53,383 nt of DNA from NCBI GenBank assembly GCA_029098265.1, contig JAQXNZ010000158.1:1-53383 (forward strand), in the 5' to 3' direction. The notes beneath the pieces were generated by a model, which was not told where the DNA came from, searched no databases, and saw nothing but the letters and a program-made list of their open reading frames with translations. This stretch comes from Clostridia bacterium. Lineage in GTDB: Bacteria; Bacillota; Clostridia; Lachnospirales; Anaerotignaceae. Positions 18,970 through 27,419 of this stretch are shown piece after piece (positions within the stretch are counted from its first letter, which is position 1; each line of letters opens with the position of its first letter). Position numbers and translations under genes: made by a program.

Positions 18970-19770
18970 ATGACAAAGGATTTATATACAATAGGAGAGA
19001 CGGCAGGACTTTTGGGAGTTTCTGCGCAGACGCTTAGATTTTATGACCGCAAAGGTATACTCAGCCCTGTGTATACAGACCCGACAACGGGCTACAGATA
19101 TTACTCATATAAGCAGTTTCATATAATTGACAGGATAAAGTATCTCCAGGGCTTCGGACTGGCTTTGGAGGATATATATTCGATAATATCCGACGGAACG
19201 GTGGATAAGCTGCTGCCGTTTCTGTATAAGCAGAAGGAAAATCTGGCGGAGGAAGCAAAGGCCATAGAGGACAGAATAAAGGATATAGAATGGTACATCA
19301 ATTATTTTAAATATTTCGAGGACGGAGAAAATGACATGTATCTCTACCGCCTTCATCAGGAGAAAAGATATGTCCTCAAGGTGCAATGCTACAGCAGTGA
19401 CGAGCTTTCGGATATGGAAATACGTTTGGCGGCGGCAAAGAGCATGCCCGAGTATGCAAGACTGCCATACAGGAGACTGTACGGCTATAAAATTGATTTT
19501 GACAGTCTGTTAGACGGTAAATTCAGACCGTATTCGTATTTTATATATATGAGAAAGGAACCGGGCTTTGCTGCGGAACACTTTGACATACTGCCCGAGG
19601 GAGACTACATTTGTTTCAGAACGCCGATACTTAAGGAAAGCTGGCAGACGGATATACTGAAAAACTATTTCAGAGATACCCAAAGGCCGAAGCTGGTGCT
19701 GGCTCTGGAATTTGAGGATAATCTGGTTGACTGGTCTGACGCCATGTATGAGGTGCAGATACTTATATAA
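18970..19770 (+). CDS. MerR-family transcriptional regulator with C-terminal effector domain
   Basis: YTIGETA..GVSAQTLRFYDRKGILSP..TGYRYYS; GGAGG RBS. Confidence 0.92.
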   Translation: MTKDLYTIGETAGLLGVSAQTLRFYDRKGILSPVYTDPTTGYRYYSYKQFHIIDRIKYLQGFGLALEDIYSIISDGTVDKLLPFLYKQKENLAEEAKAIEDRIKDIEWYINYFKYFEDGENDMYLYRLHQEKRYVLKVQCYSSDELSDMEIRLAAAKSMPEYARLPYRRLYGYKIDFDSLLDGKFRPYSYFIYMRKEPGFAAEHFDILPEGDYICFRTPILKESWQTDILKNYFRDTQRPKLVLALEFEDNLVDWSDAMYEVQILI

Positions 19771-19788
19771 TAAATATGACGGACAATA

Positions 19789-19823
19789 TACAACGCCCGA
19801 CGGATTTTCCGTCGGGCGTTGTA
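19789..19823. terminator. Perfect 16-bp hairpin between convergent genes
   Basis: TACAACGCCCGACGGA-TTT-TCCGTCGGGCGTTGTA. Confidence 0.75.
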
Positions 19824-19842
19824 CTGTATATTGATGTTGTTT

Positions 19843-20559
19843 TTATGCCCAGCGAATGGGTGTTTCGCTGCCTGCAACCAATATATCGTTATGTATGGCT
19901 CTTAGCTTAGGTTCTATCAGCTTATCGGCATGCATGTGACCGAAATACCATTTTTTAAGCTTGGGTGAAGTCTTTGCAGCCTTATACCACTCGTCCAGCT
20001 CGGCAGGCAGAATATAGTCGCCGTCAATGGGCTTAGGGCGGTTAATGTGAGCTCTGGCGAACAGGGGTGTTTCATGGGTAATTATATAGTCTATTTCGCC
20101 GATGTGCTCATTAAGCTGATTTCTGCCGTATTCCAGCTCTGCTTCCGTCGGTTCTTCCTCTTTCCACCAGCTTACGCCTTCCTCACGTCTGTCCTTATCC
20201 ACGGAGCGTGCTCCGCCGAAGGTGAAGAAGGTACTTCCGTATATATTATATATTTCGCCCCTCATCAGATGATATACTCTGTCGGACATTCGATGAACCC
20301 TGCCGCCGTTCCACAGGCTTATTTCCGTCCTGTTAAGCACGGCGTGGTTTTCATGGTTGCCGTCAATAAAGGCTACCGTACCGGGAAATACCTGTTCAAG
20401 GCTTTCGACGGTATATTTGTAGTCATCCTTCCAAACATAGCCTGCATCACCTGCAATTATCAGTATATCGCTTTCAAGCAGTTCATTTTTTTCAGCCAGA
20501 CCGAAAAGCGGGGTAAAGGTACCGTGCTTGTCTCCGGTTATAAAAATTCTTCCTGTCAT
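19843..20559 (-). CDS. Calcineurin-like metallophosphoesterase
   Basis: GDKHG, AGDAG, DGNHEN, THETP, FGHMH. Confidence 0.9.
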   Translation of the reverse strand: MTGRIFITGDKHGTFTPLFGLAEKNELLESDILIIAGDAGYVWKDDYKYTVESLEQVFPGTVAFIDGNHENHAVLNRTEISLWNGGRVHRMSDRVYHLMRGEIYNIYGSTFFTFGGARSVDKDRREEGVSWWKEEEPTEAELEYGRNQLNEHIGEIDYIITHETPLFARAHINRPKPIDGDYILPAELDEWYKAAKTSPKLKKWYFGHMHADKLIEPKLRAIHNDILVAGSETPIRWA

Positions 20560-20576
20560 ATTTTCTCCTGTGATGT

Positions 20577-21545
20577 TTATGCTTTTTTGTAATAGTATAC
20601 TCCGTTCTTTTCCTCACGGAGCACCTTGCCCGAATAATACATGTACTGTAAATGGGAAATGGCTTCGCCTGTAGCAAACCATTTCTGCGGTGCGGGGAAC
20701 TCGTCCCAGTTTTTGCAGTCTATTTCCCAAGTCATGTCCCTTGCGACCGTATATGATGTTTTCCACTCGTTGCCCAGTATATACAGCGCTTCCGCCAGTC
20801 TGTCCTTGTGGTGATTAAACAGCTCCTTTATGCGCTCGTGCATATCTCTGACGGGTGTACCGTGGGCAGACAGCAGAAGCTCAACATCAAGCTTGTCAAC
20901 CTTGGCAAGACTGTCCAGATATTCCTTAAGGGGATTGTCGCAGCTGAGCTCAATGCATATATTAGGTGTGATTGTGCCTAAAATATGGTCGCCGCAGAAC
21001 ATTATTTTGTGCTCTGCATCATACAGACACATGTGTCCGGGAGTATGTCCGGGGGTAGCAACAACCTCAAGATTATATCCGCCGTAGCTGAGCACATCGC
21101 CTTCATTAACGTATGTAAAGTTAACTCTGCCGTCATGGCAGTATTTTCTTCCGGGGTGTATATCGGTGTTTCTGCCGAAATCGGCTTTGGGAAAGCCGTA
21201 CTTGACAAAAAGGTCATCCAGCATACGCCAGTAGAGATTGCCGGCTTCGAAATTTATAAGCTCACCGTCGGTTTCACCTGAATATATAGTATCTGTCTCA
21301 CGGGCAAATTTTGTTATCAGTCCGCAGTGGTCCGAGTGAAGATGCGTGATGAATAGGTCGGTCTTATCGATGCCAAGCTCATCAAAGGCGCTTCTTAAGG
21401 CTTCCTCGCACTCGGGTCTGTTAAAGCCTGTGTCAATGAGAAGATTTTTTTCTCCCATTATGATGTATGCGTTTAATTCACGCAGAGGGTTGTTGGGTAA
21501 GGGTACAACTTTTTTATATATGTTATCTGTAATTTTTGTTAACAT
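20577..21545 (-). CDS. Metallo-beta-lactamase-fold hydrolase with C-terminal winged-helix-like extension
   Basis: LIDTG, THLHSDHCG, TPGHTPGH, GDH, SAHG, GEAISHL. Confidence 0.9.
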   Translation of the reverse strand: MLTKITDNIYKKVVPLPNNPLRELNAYIIMGEKNLLIDTGFNRPECEEALRSAFDELGIDKTDLFITHLHSDHCGLITKFARETDTIYSGETDGELINFEAGNLYWRMLDDLFVKYGFPKADFGRNTDIHPGRKYCHDGRVNFTYVNEGDVLSYGGYNLEVVATPGHTPGHMCLYDAEHKIMFCGDHILGTITPNICIELSCDNPLKEYLDSLAKVDKLDVELLLSAHGTPVRDMHERIKELFNHHKDRLAEALYILGNEWKTSYTVARDMTWEIDCKNWDEFPAPQKWFATGEAISHLQYMYYSGKVLREEKNGVYYYKKA

Positions 21546-21570
21546 GGTTCCTCCTGTAAAACTATATTAC

Positions 21571-22932
21571 TCAGCGGCTGCGGGTGAGTGACACCACAGT
21601 CTCCACATGCGGCGTCTGGCAGAACATATCAACCGTCTGAGCCTTTTTTGTTTCGTAGCCCTTTTCTTTAAAGAGCTTCAAATCCCTTGCGAGGGTGGCT
21701 GGTCCGCAGGAAACGTACACTATTCTGTCGGGTTTCATGGAAGCAACGGCGTCTATGACCGATGGTTCCAGACCCTTTCTGGGAGGGTCAAGGAAGATAA
21801 CGTCGGCACGCTTTCCCTCATTATACATACGGGGCAGTATATCCTCGGCCTTTCCTGCTTCAAAGGTGACATTGGAAATACCGTTTATTTCCGCATTATG
21901 CTTTGCGTCCTCTATGGCTTGAGGAACTATTTCTATGCCGTGAACCTTTCCTGCCCTTTGTGAAGCAAACAGGGCAATGGTGCCTATGCCGCAGTATACG
22001 TCAATTACTGTATCGGACTTTTTGAGTTCTGCGGCATCAACGGCCAGTGAATACAGCTTTTCCGTCTGAACGGGATTGACCTGATAAAAGCTTAAAGACG
22101 ATATGTCAAAGCTTATATCACCTATTGTATCCCTTATGGTATCCTTGCCCCAGAGGGTAATGCTTTTCCTGCCGAGTATCACATTGGTTTTGTCGGTATT
22201 GATATTCATTACAACCGACGCAATTCCGTCTATGGTTGCCAGACGGCGGATAAGCTCATCGGCATGGGGTATCCGCTTGCCGTTCACAACTATTGTCACC
22301 ATTATCTCGCCGCTGTAAAATGCTGTTCTTGTGAGTATATGCCTTATCAATCCGCTGTGCTTTTCTTCACTGTATACGGGTATACGGAAATCATCTATAA
22401 ATCCTTTTACTGCGGAAATAACGCTGTCGGCATTCTCCTTTTGGAGCATACAGCGGTCAATGGCTGTAAGCCTGTGGCTTCTGGGGGCATAAAAGCCCAT
22501 GACGGCTTTGCCGTTTTTGTCAAGCCCTACCGGATACTGAGCCTTGTTTCTGTAGTTCCAAGGGATTTCCATGCCGATTGTGTCGGGCAATTCAATATCC
22601 GTCAGACCGCCAATGCGCTCAAGACAGTCCTTTACCTTGTCCCTCTTGAAACTAAGCTGTGCCGCATAGGACATGTGCTGGAGCGAACAGCCGCCGCAGG
22701 TCTTTGCGTAGGGACAGGAAGGAGATACTCTGTCCGCAGACTCTGTGAGAAGCTTTATAAGCTTACCGTAGCCGTAATTCTTTTTAAGCTTAACAATCAA
22801 TAATTCGCCTGTTTCGCCCGGAAGCATTCCTTCGACGAAAACAGTAAATCCGTCTATTTTTACTATTCCTTCTCCCTCGGAACCGAGAGCTGAGCAGGAG
22901 GCGGTATAGGTTTTGTTTTTTTCCAGTATCAT
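21571..22932 (-). CDS. rlmD: 23S rRNA m5U1939 methyltransferase (RumA/RlmD)
   Basis: TRAM domain, CP..CGGC Fe-S motif, YRNK, SFYQVN, DVYCGIG, DPPRKG, YVSC, HVE. Confidence 0.95.
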   Translation of the reverse strand: MILEKNKTYTASCSALGSEGEGIVKIDGFTVFVEGMLPGETGELLIVKLKKNYGYGKLIKLLTESADRVSPSCPYAKTCGGCSLQHMSYAAQLSFKRDKVKDCLERIGGLTDIELPDTIGMEIPWNYRNKAQYPVGLDKNGKAVMGFYAPRSHRLTAIDRCMLQKENADSVISAVKGFIDDFRIPVYSEEKHSGLIRHILTRTAFYSGEIMVTIVVNGKRIPHADELIRRLATIDGIASVVMNINTDKTNVILGRKSITLWGKDTIRDTIGDISFDISSLSFYQVNPVQTEKLYSLAVDAAELKKSDTVIDVYCGIGTIALFASQRAGKVHGIEIVPQAIEDAKHNAEINGISNVTFEAGKAEDILPRMYNEGKRADVIFLDPPRKGLEPSVIDAVASMKPDRIVYVSCGPATLARDLKLFKEKGYETKKAQTVDMFCQTPHVETVVSLTRSR

Positions 22933-23074
22933 ATAAACACCCCGTTAAAATGCTGATTAAACTTAATTATATCATACAATGAGTAGCTGTGCTATAATTA
23001 ATAAAAGGATAAACGGACAAGGTGATTGCTTCCACCTAAAGCAAAAAAAGATCAAGTTTGCAATTCGGAGCGTC

Positions 23075-23117
23075 AAAAAAGCTGCCTAACCGAAACATGT
23101 TTCGGCTTGGCAGCTTT
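23075..23117 (-). terminator. Intrinsic terminator of the sufC/sufB-like operon
   Basis: AAAGCTGCC..CCGAAAC/GTTTCGG..GGCAGCTTT stem with A6 on the plus strand. Confidence 0.8.
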
Positions 23118-23123
23118 GGCGCT

Positions 23124-24044
23124 TTATGCTTTGAGAAAGCCCTCTATTATTTTTGCTTCGGCTTCTTCCTCGGTAAGTCCGAGAGTGCGAAGCTTTGTTA
23201 TCTGTTCGCCGGCTATTTTTCCTATAGCGGCTTCATGTATAAGTGATGCGTCGAGGTCGCCTGCATATAATTCGGGTGCGGCGTTTACCTTGCCGCTGCC
23301 TATAAGTATGGCATCACATTCGGAATGACCCGTACATCTGCAGTTTCCTTTGATTACCGAGTGATATTCCTGATAGGAATTTCCCTTGGCAACGGAACGG
23401 GACACAAGGTCAACGCCCGAGTCCTCGCCGTCCATTGAAACCTCGAAGTCCGTTTTGGCCTTTTCGTTTCCGTCTGTCATTATTCTTTCTCTTATTATGA
23501 GCTTCGCATTGAAGGCAAGCTTTGCTCTTGTTGTTCTTGTTGTTTCGTCAACGCCTGATATCTGTACCGTATCCATTTCAAGAACGGCGCCTTCATCCAA
23601 CTCCGCATCGGTAACGGGGTCAATCTTCTTGGCACCTGTGCCTGTACCCGTGCCGATATGCTTTTCCTTGTAAAGTACCTTTGAGTTTTTCTCCATAAAG
23701 AAACGATGTATGCCGTTGTGTCTTGCTTCTTCCTCGTTGTCTGTATGGACTCCGCAGCCGGCTACTATTATTACATCGGCGCCTTCACCTACATAGAAAT
23801 CGTTATAAACCAGGTCATCTACATTTCCGTGGGTAACACAGGCGGGAATATATACGGTCTCGCCCTTTGTTCCGGGCTTTATGTGTATATCAAGGCCGGG
23901 ACGATCGGTTTTTGAATCTATCTGAATATTGGGTGACGACTGTCTGCCTGCGCAGGAGCTGTCCTCCCTGATGTTGAAAGCACCCTTGAAATCAAACTTG
24001 AAATCCGAAATAACTCCGAGCATGGATTTTGTAATATCATTCAT
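23124..24044 (-). CDS. Short SufB/SufD-family Fe-S scaffold (SmsB-like)
   Basis: Beta-helix repeats, GHSECDAIL, A.PEL, LIHEAAIGKI, L.TLGL.EEEA..IIEGFL. Confidence 0.88.
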   Translation of the reverse strand: MNDITKSMLGVISDFKFDFKGAFNIREDSSCAGRQSSPNIQIDSKTDRPGLDIHIKPGTKGETVYIPACVTHGNVDDLVYNDFYVGEGADVIIVAGCGVHTDNEEEARHNGIHRFFMEKNSKVLYKEKHIGTGTGTGAKKIDPVTDAELDEGAVLEMDTVQISGVDETTRTTRAKLAFNAKLIIRERIMTDGNEKAKTDFEVSMDGEDSGVDLVSRSVAKGNSYQEYHSVIKGNCRCTGHSECDAILIGSGKVNAAPELYAGDLDASLIHEAAIGKIAGEQITKLRTLGLTEEEAEAKIIEGFLKA

Positions 24045-24780
24045 TGTCTGTCACAACCTTTCTGTCTTTGCCGAGGGGACACCTTGCTCCCTTTTCGTCG
24101 CTGAGCAGTGTGGGAAGAATTTCTTCCTTTGTTCCCTCTGTACGAATTTGACCGTTGGCTATTACGACTATTCTGTCAGCTATGTCAAGTATACGCTCCT
24201 GATGGGAGATTATAAGGAGCGCTTCGTTGTGGTTTTTCTTCAGTCGCTGGAATGCGTCGATAAGACCCGTAAAGCTCCAAAGGTCAATGCCTGCCTCAGG
24301 CTCGTCAAATACAAGCACTTTCACATTTTTTCTGGCGAGTACGGTGGCTATTTCAATTCGTTTGCTCTCGCCGCCGGAAAGACTTGCGTCAACCTCTCTG
24401 TCGATGTAGTCGTTGGCGCACAGACCGACCTCACCCAGAACCTCGCACATGCCGTCCTCGGACATTTCTTCTCCTGCCGCCAGCTCCAGAAGGTCACGGA
24501 CTGTAAGACCCTTGAATCTTACAGGCTGCTGGAAGGCATAGCCGATACCGCTCTTTGCTCTTTCTGTAATATCCCAGTCGGTGATGTCCTTTCCGTCAAG
24601 CAGAATTTTTCCGGAATCAGGTTTTTCCAGTCCGGCAATAAGCTTTGCCAGAGACGTCTTGCCGCCGCCGTTGGGACCTGTAATGACGGTAAGCTGTCCG
24701 TCGGGTATTGTAAGACTTATATCCTTGAGTATTTCGCCGCCGTCGGGAATACTCCATTTTATATTTTTAAGTTCAAGCAT
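24037..24780 (-). CDS. SufC-like ABC ATPase (SmsC-like)
   Basis: GPNGGGKTS, ERA..GI.YAFQQP, LSGGESKRIE, FDEPEAGID; overlaps the sufB-like ORF. Confidence 0.88.
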   Translation of the reverse strand: MLELKNIKWSIPDGGEILKDISLTIPDGQLTVITGPNGGGKTSLAKLIAGLEKPDSGKILLDGKDITDWDITERAKSGIGYAFQQPVRFKGLTVRDLLELAAGEEMSEDGMCEVLGEVGLCANDYIDREVDASLSGGESKRIEIATVLARKNVKVLVFDEPEAGIDLWSFTGLIDAFQRLKKNHNEALLIISHQERILDIADRIVVIANGQIRTEGTKEEILPTLLSDEKGARCPLGKDRKVVTDNE

Positions 24781-24841
24781 ATATAAACCTCCTTATCCGT
24801 CCAATGCGGAATATGCCTAAGAAAAATTTACCTAAGAAGAA

Positions 24842-24870
24842 ATTTTAAACGACATGCCTGCCGTTGTCAA
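24842..24870 (-). promoter_or_regulatory. Sigma-A promoter of the sufC/sufB-like operon
   Basis: TTGACA-N17-TAAAAT on the minus strand; an imperfect inverted repeat AATCCC-N14-GGGATT (24869-24894) abuts the -35. Confidence 0.65.
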
Positions 24871-24942
24871 TCCCTATTGAACAAGTGGGGGATTAAGTAA
24901 GTATGGGATTTTCAAAGTTCGAAATACTATTAAATACGGAAA

Positions 24943-24976
24943 GAAAAACTCCTGCCGCAGTTATGTGACAGGAGGC
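24943..24976 (-). terminator. Terminator of the ferredoxin-like gene
   Basis: Minus strand CTCCTGTCAC..GCGGCAGGAG then TTTTT. Confidence 0.65.
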
Positions 24977-24987
24977 TTAAACTCAGT

Positions 24988-25668
24988 TTATTTCTTTATT
25001 TTTCCGTCGGTTGTTATCGTGTAGACCTGACAGGGGATATTTTTGCCGCTGTTGTTAAGGGCGGTTAATACGGCACGCTCTATGCCGCCGCAGCAGGGAA
25101 CCTCCATGCGCACCACCGTCAGGCTTTTGATATTATTGAGCCTTATTATTTCCGTAAGCTTTTCGGAATAGTCAACTGCGTCAAGCTTGGGACAGCCGAT
25201 AACGGCAATTCTGTCTTTAATAAACTGCTCATGGAAGTTTCCGAAAGCATAGGCCGTGCAGTCGGCGGCTATCAGTAAATCCGCTCCGTCAAAATACGGC
25301 GCCGATACGGGTACAAGCTTTATCTGCACTGGCCACTGGGAAAGACAGCTGTCGGAGACTAAATGCTGTACAGGGGCGGATTCCCTGTCAAGCTTCATTG
25401 CTCTGCTGCCGGGACAGCCACCGGAGACCTTTACAGCCTTTGATGCTAAAACGGCAGCTTCATTGTATTCGGGCGCTTCTCTTTCCTCAAAGGATATGGC
25501 GTTTACGGGGCAGGCGGGCAGACAGTCTCCCAGACCGTCGCAGAAGTCCTCACGCAGAAGTCTTGCTTTGCCGTTTACCATACCGATGGCACCCTCATGG
25601 CAGGCAGAAGCACACAGACCGCAGCCGTTGCATTTTTCTTCATCTATTTTAATTATTTTTCTTATCAT
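24988..25668 (-). CDS. 4Fe-4S dicluster protein with Cys-rich C-terminal domain
   Basis: CNGCGLC..AC and CDGLGDC..ACP; GCPGS, QWPVQIKLV, ADCTA, GCPKLD, MEVPCC. Confidence 0.88.
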   Translation of the reverse strand: MIRKIIKIDEEKCNGCGLCASACHEGAIGMVNGKARLLREDFCDGLGDCLPACPVNAISFEEREAPEYNEAAVLASKAVKVSGGCPGSRAMKLDRESAPVQHLVSDSCLSQWPVQIKLVPVSAPYFDGADLLIAADCTAYAFGNFHEQFIKDRIAVIGCPKLDAVDYSEKLTEIIRLNNIKSLTVVRMEVPCCGGIERAVLTALNNSGKNIPCQVYTITTDGKIKK

Positions 25669-25727
25669 ATTTGTTCCTCCTTATTTGATTTTGCATGAAC
25701 ATCATACTATAATTTAAAATATAAGTA

Positions 25728-25743
25728 TGTTGCAATTACAACG
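25728..25743. promoter_or_regulatory. Candidate Crp/Fnr-family operator
   Basis: GTTGC-AATT-ACAAC imperfect palindrome, centred about 30 nt upstream of a minus-strand TATGAT -10 (25701-25706). Confidence 0.5.
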
Positions 25744-25762
25744 GATTGAAATGGAGGATTTT

Positions 25763-26422
25763 ATGAATATTGATGTACTGAAAAACTGTCCTTTGTTTAA
25801 AAATGTACCCGAGTACAGCATAACACCTATGATGGGCTGTCTCAGGGCAAGGGATAAATATTACGGAAAAAACGAGTATATTTATCATGCAGGTGATAAG
25901 GTAAGCGAAATCGGAATAGTGATGTCCGGCATGGTTCAAATAATAAAGGATGATATATGGGGCAGGGAAACAATGCTGGCGGAGCTGTCCCCGGGAATGC
26001 TGTTCGGCGAAGCCTTTGTGCTGGGCGGTGAAAGCAGGATTTCCGTGTCGGTCAGATGTGCCCAAAGGACAGATGTGCTGTTTCTGGACGGAGAAAGGGT
26101 GGTGAAGCCCTGTGATGTGGCCTGTGGATTTCACTTCGATGTGTCAAGAAACATGATAAGAATACTGGCGGAGAAAAATATATTTCTCACGGAAAGGGTG
26201 GAGCACATATCAAAGAGAAGCCTGAGGGAAAAGGTTATGTCATATCTGTCCGGCATGGCGGAGACGGTAGGGACGGATAGCTTTGAAATACCCTTTGACC
26301 GTCAGGAACTGGCCGATTATCTTGCCTGTGACAGAAGCGCTCTGTCGGCGGTACTGGGAAAACTTAAAAAAGAAGGAATAATAGACTTCAATAAAAATAA
26401 TTTCACTGTTTACAAAAATTAA
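25763..26422 (+). CDS. Crp/Fnr-family regulator (HcpR-like)
   Basis: cNMP-like barrel (G..FGE), SLREKVMSYL, HTH RQELADYL..DRSALS..L; GGAGG RBS before ATG 25763. Confidence 0.92.
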   Translation: MNIDVLKNCPLFKNVPEYSITPMMGCLRARDKYYGKNEYIYHAGDKVSEIGIVMSGMVQIIKDDIWGRETMLAELSPGMLFGEAFVLGGESRISVSVRCAQRTDVLFLDGERVVKPCDVACGFHFDVSRNMIRILAEKNIFLTERVEHISKRSLREKVMSYLSGMAETVGTDSFEIPFDRQELADYLACDRSALSAVLGKLKKEGIIDFNKNNFTVYKN

Positions 26423-26492
26423 GATTATTTTAATTGCCACAAGCCGTTTTTTCATTATATGCTTATATAAGAGATAAGAGGAGGGGCATATA

Positions 26493-27314
26493 ATGGGAAG
26501 AAAGCTGTTCTGTGAGATATCGCCGCTTACATATAAAATATCGGTTATGAAGTGCAGAATGATGAGGGACATAAAGGACTTATTTTCGGGCTGTGATTTT
26601 GCTTCGGAAAAGTCTGATGAACCTCTGCCTGTTCTTATATACGGACACAATTCGCTTATTAGGCGCAGACTGGGCAACGTGGACATGCGTCTTCAGGAAA
26701 ACAAGGCAGTAAATCTATCAATCGCCGCACCCAAGGTGAACGGCATACTCATTGAGCCGGGAGAGACCTTTTCGTTCTGGAGACTGGTTGGAAATACTAC
26801 GGAAAGGGACGGATACAGAGAGGGGCTTACCATTGCAAAGGGTATGCCGTCCAGCGGAACGGGCGGCGGTATGTGCCAGTTTACAAACCTGCTGCACTGG
26901 ATGGTGCTTCATTCGGAGCTTACTATAACCGAGCATCATCACCATGACGGCGTTGACCTGTTTCCCGATTTCAACAGGCAGATACCCTTCGGCACGGGCA
27001 CATCTATAGTATACAACTATCTTGATTACAGGGTGAGAAACGATACGGACAGAACATACCAATTTATTGTAAGATGTGATAAAGAGTATCTCAGGGGAGA
27101 GCTGAGAGCCGATAAACCGCAGAAATACAAGTATCATATAAAAGCGGAAAATGAGTATTTTTCCAGAGAAAACGGCATTGTTTACCGTAACGGGGAAATT
27201 TACCGCAGAACCGTTGACCCGATAAGCGGAGAGATTATAAAAAACGAAATTATTAAGAAAAATCATGCGGAAGTAAAGTATGACACAAGGGGACTTGTGA
27301 CGGTTGAAAAATAA
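26493..27314 (+). CDS. VanW-family protein
   Basis: I.PGETFSFW..VG, GGGMCQF, HHH, DY..RN. Confidence 0.88.
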   Translation: MGRKLFCEISPLTYKISVMKCRMMRDIKDLFSGCDFASEKSDEPLPVLIYGHNSLIRRRLGNVDMRLQENKAVNLSIAAPKVNGILIEPGETFSFWRLVGNTTERDGYREGLTIAKGMPSSGTGGGMCQFTNLLHWMVLHSELTITEHHHHDGVDLFPDFNRQIPFGTGTSIVYNYLDYRVRNDTDRTYQFIVRCDKEYLRGELRADKPQKYKYHIKAENEYFSRENGIVYRNGEIYRRTVDPISGEIIKNEIIKKNHAEVKYDTRGLVTVEK

Positions 27315-27419
27315 GTTAAAATATGCTATCTAAAAATTATTTAGCTGTTTACAAAAAATGTTTGCTGTGATATAGTTGATTTATAAATACTATATCTATA
27401 AATGCTGGGAGGCTGCGGT

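Noticed and set aside
20577-21545. Beta-lactamase resistance gene
   Set aside because: MBL fold only; no signal peptide, and the C-terminal extension is typical of cytoplasmic non-resistance hydrolases
23929-24786. 285-aa plus-strand ORF over the sufC-like gene
   Set aside because: Antisense shadow of an ABC ATPase, a common artefact
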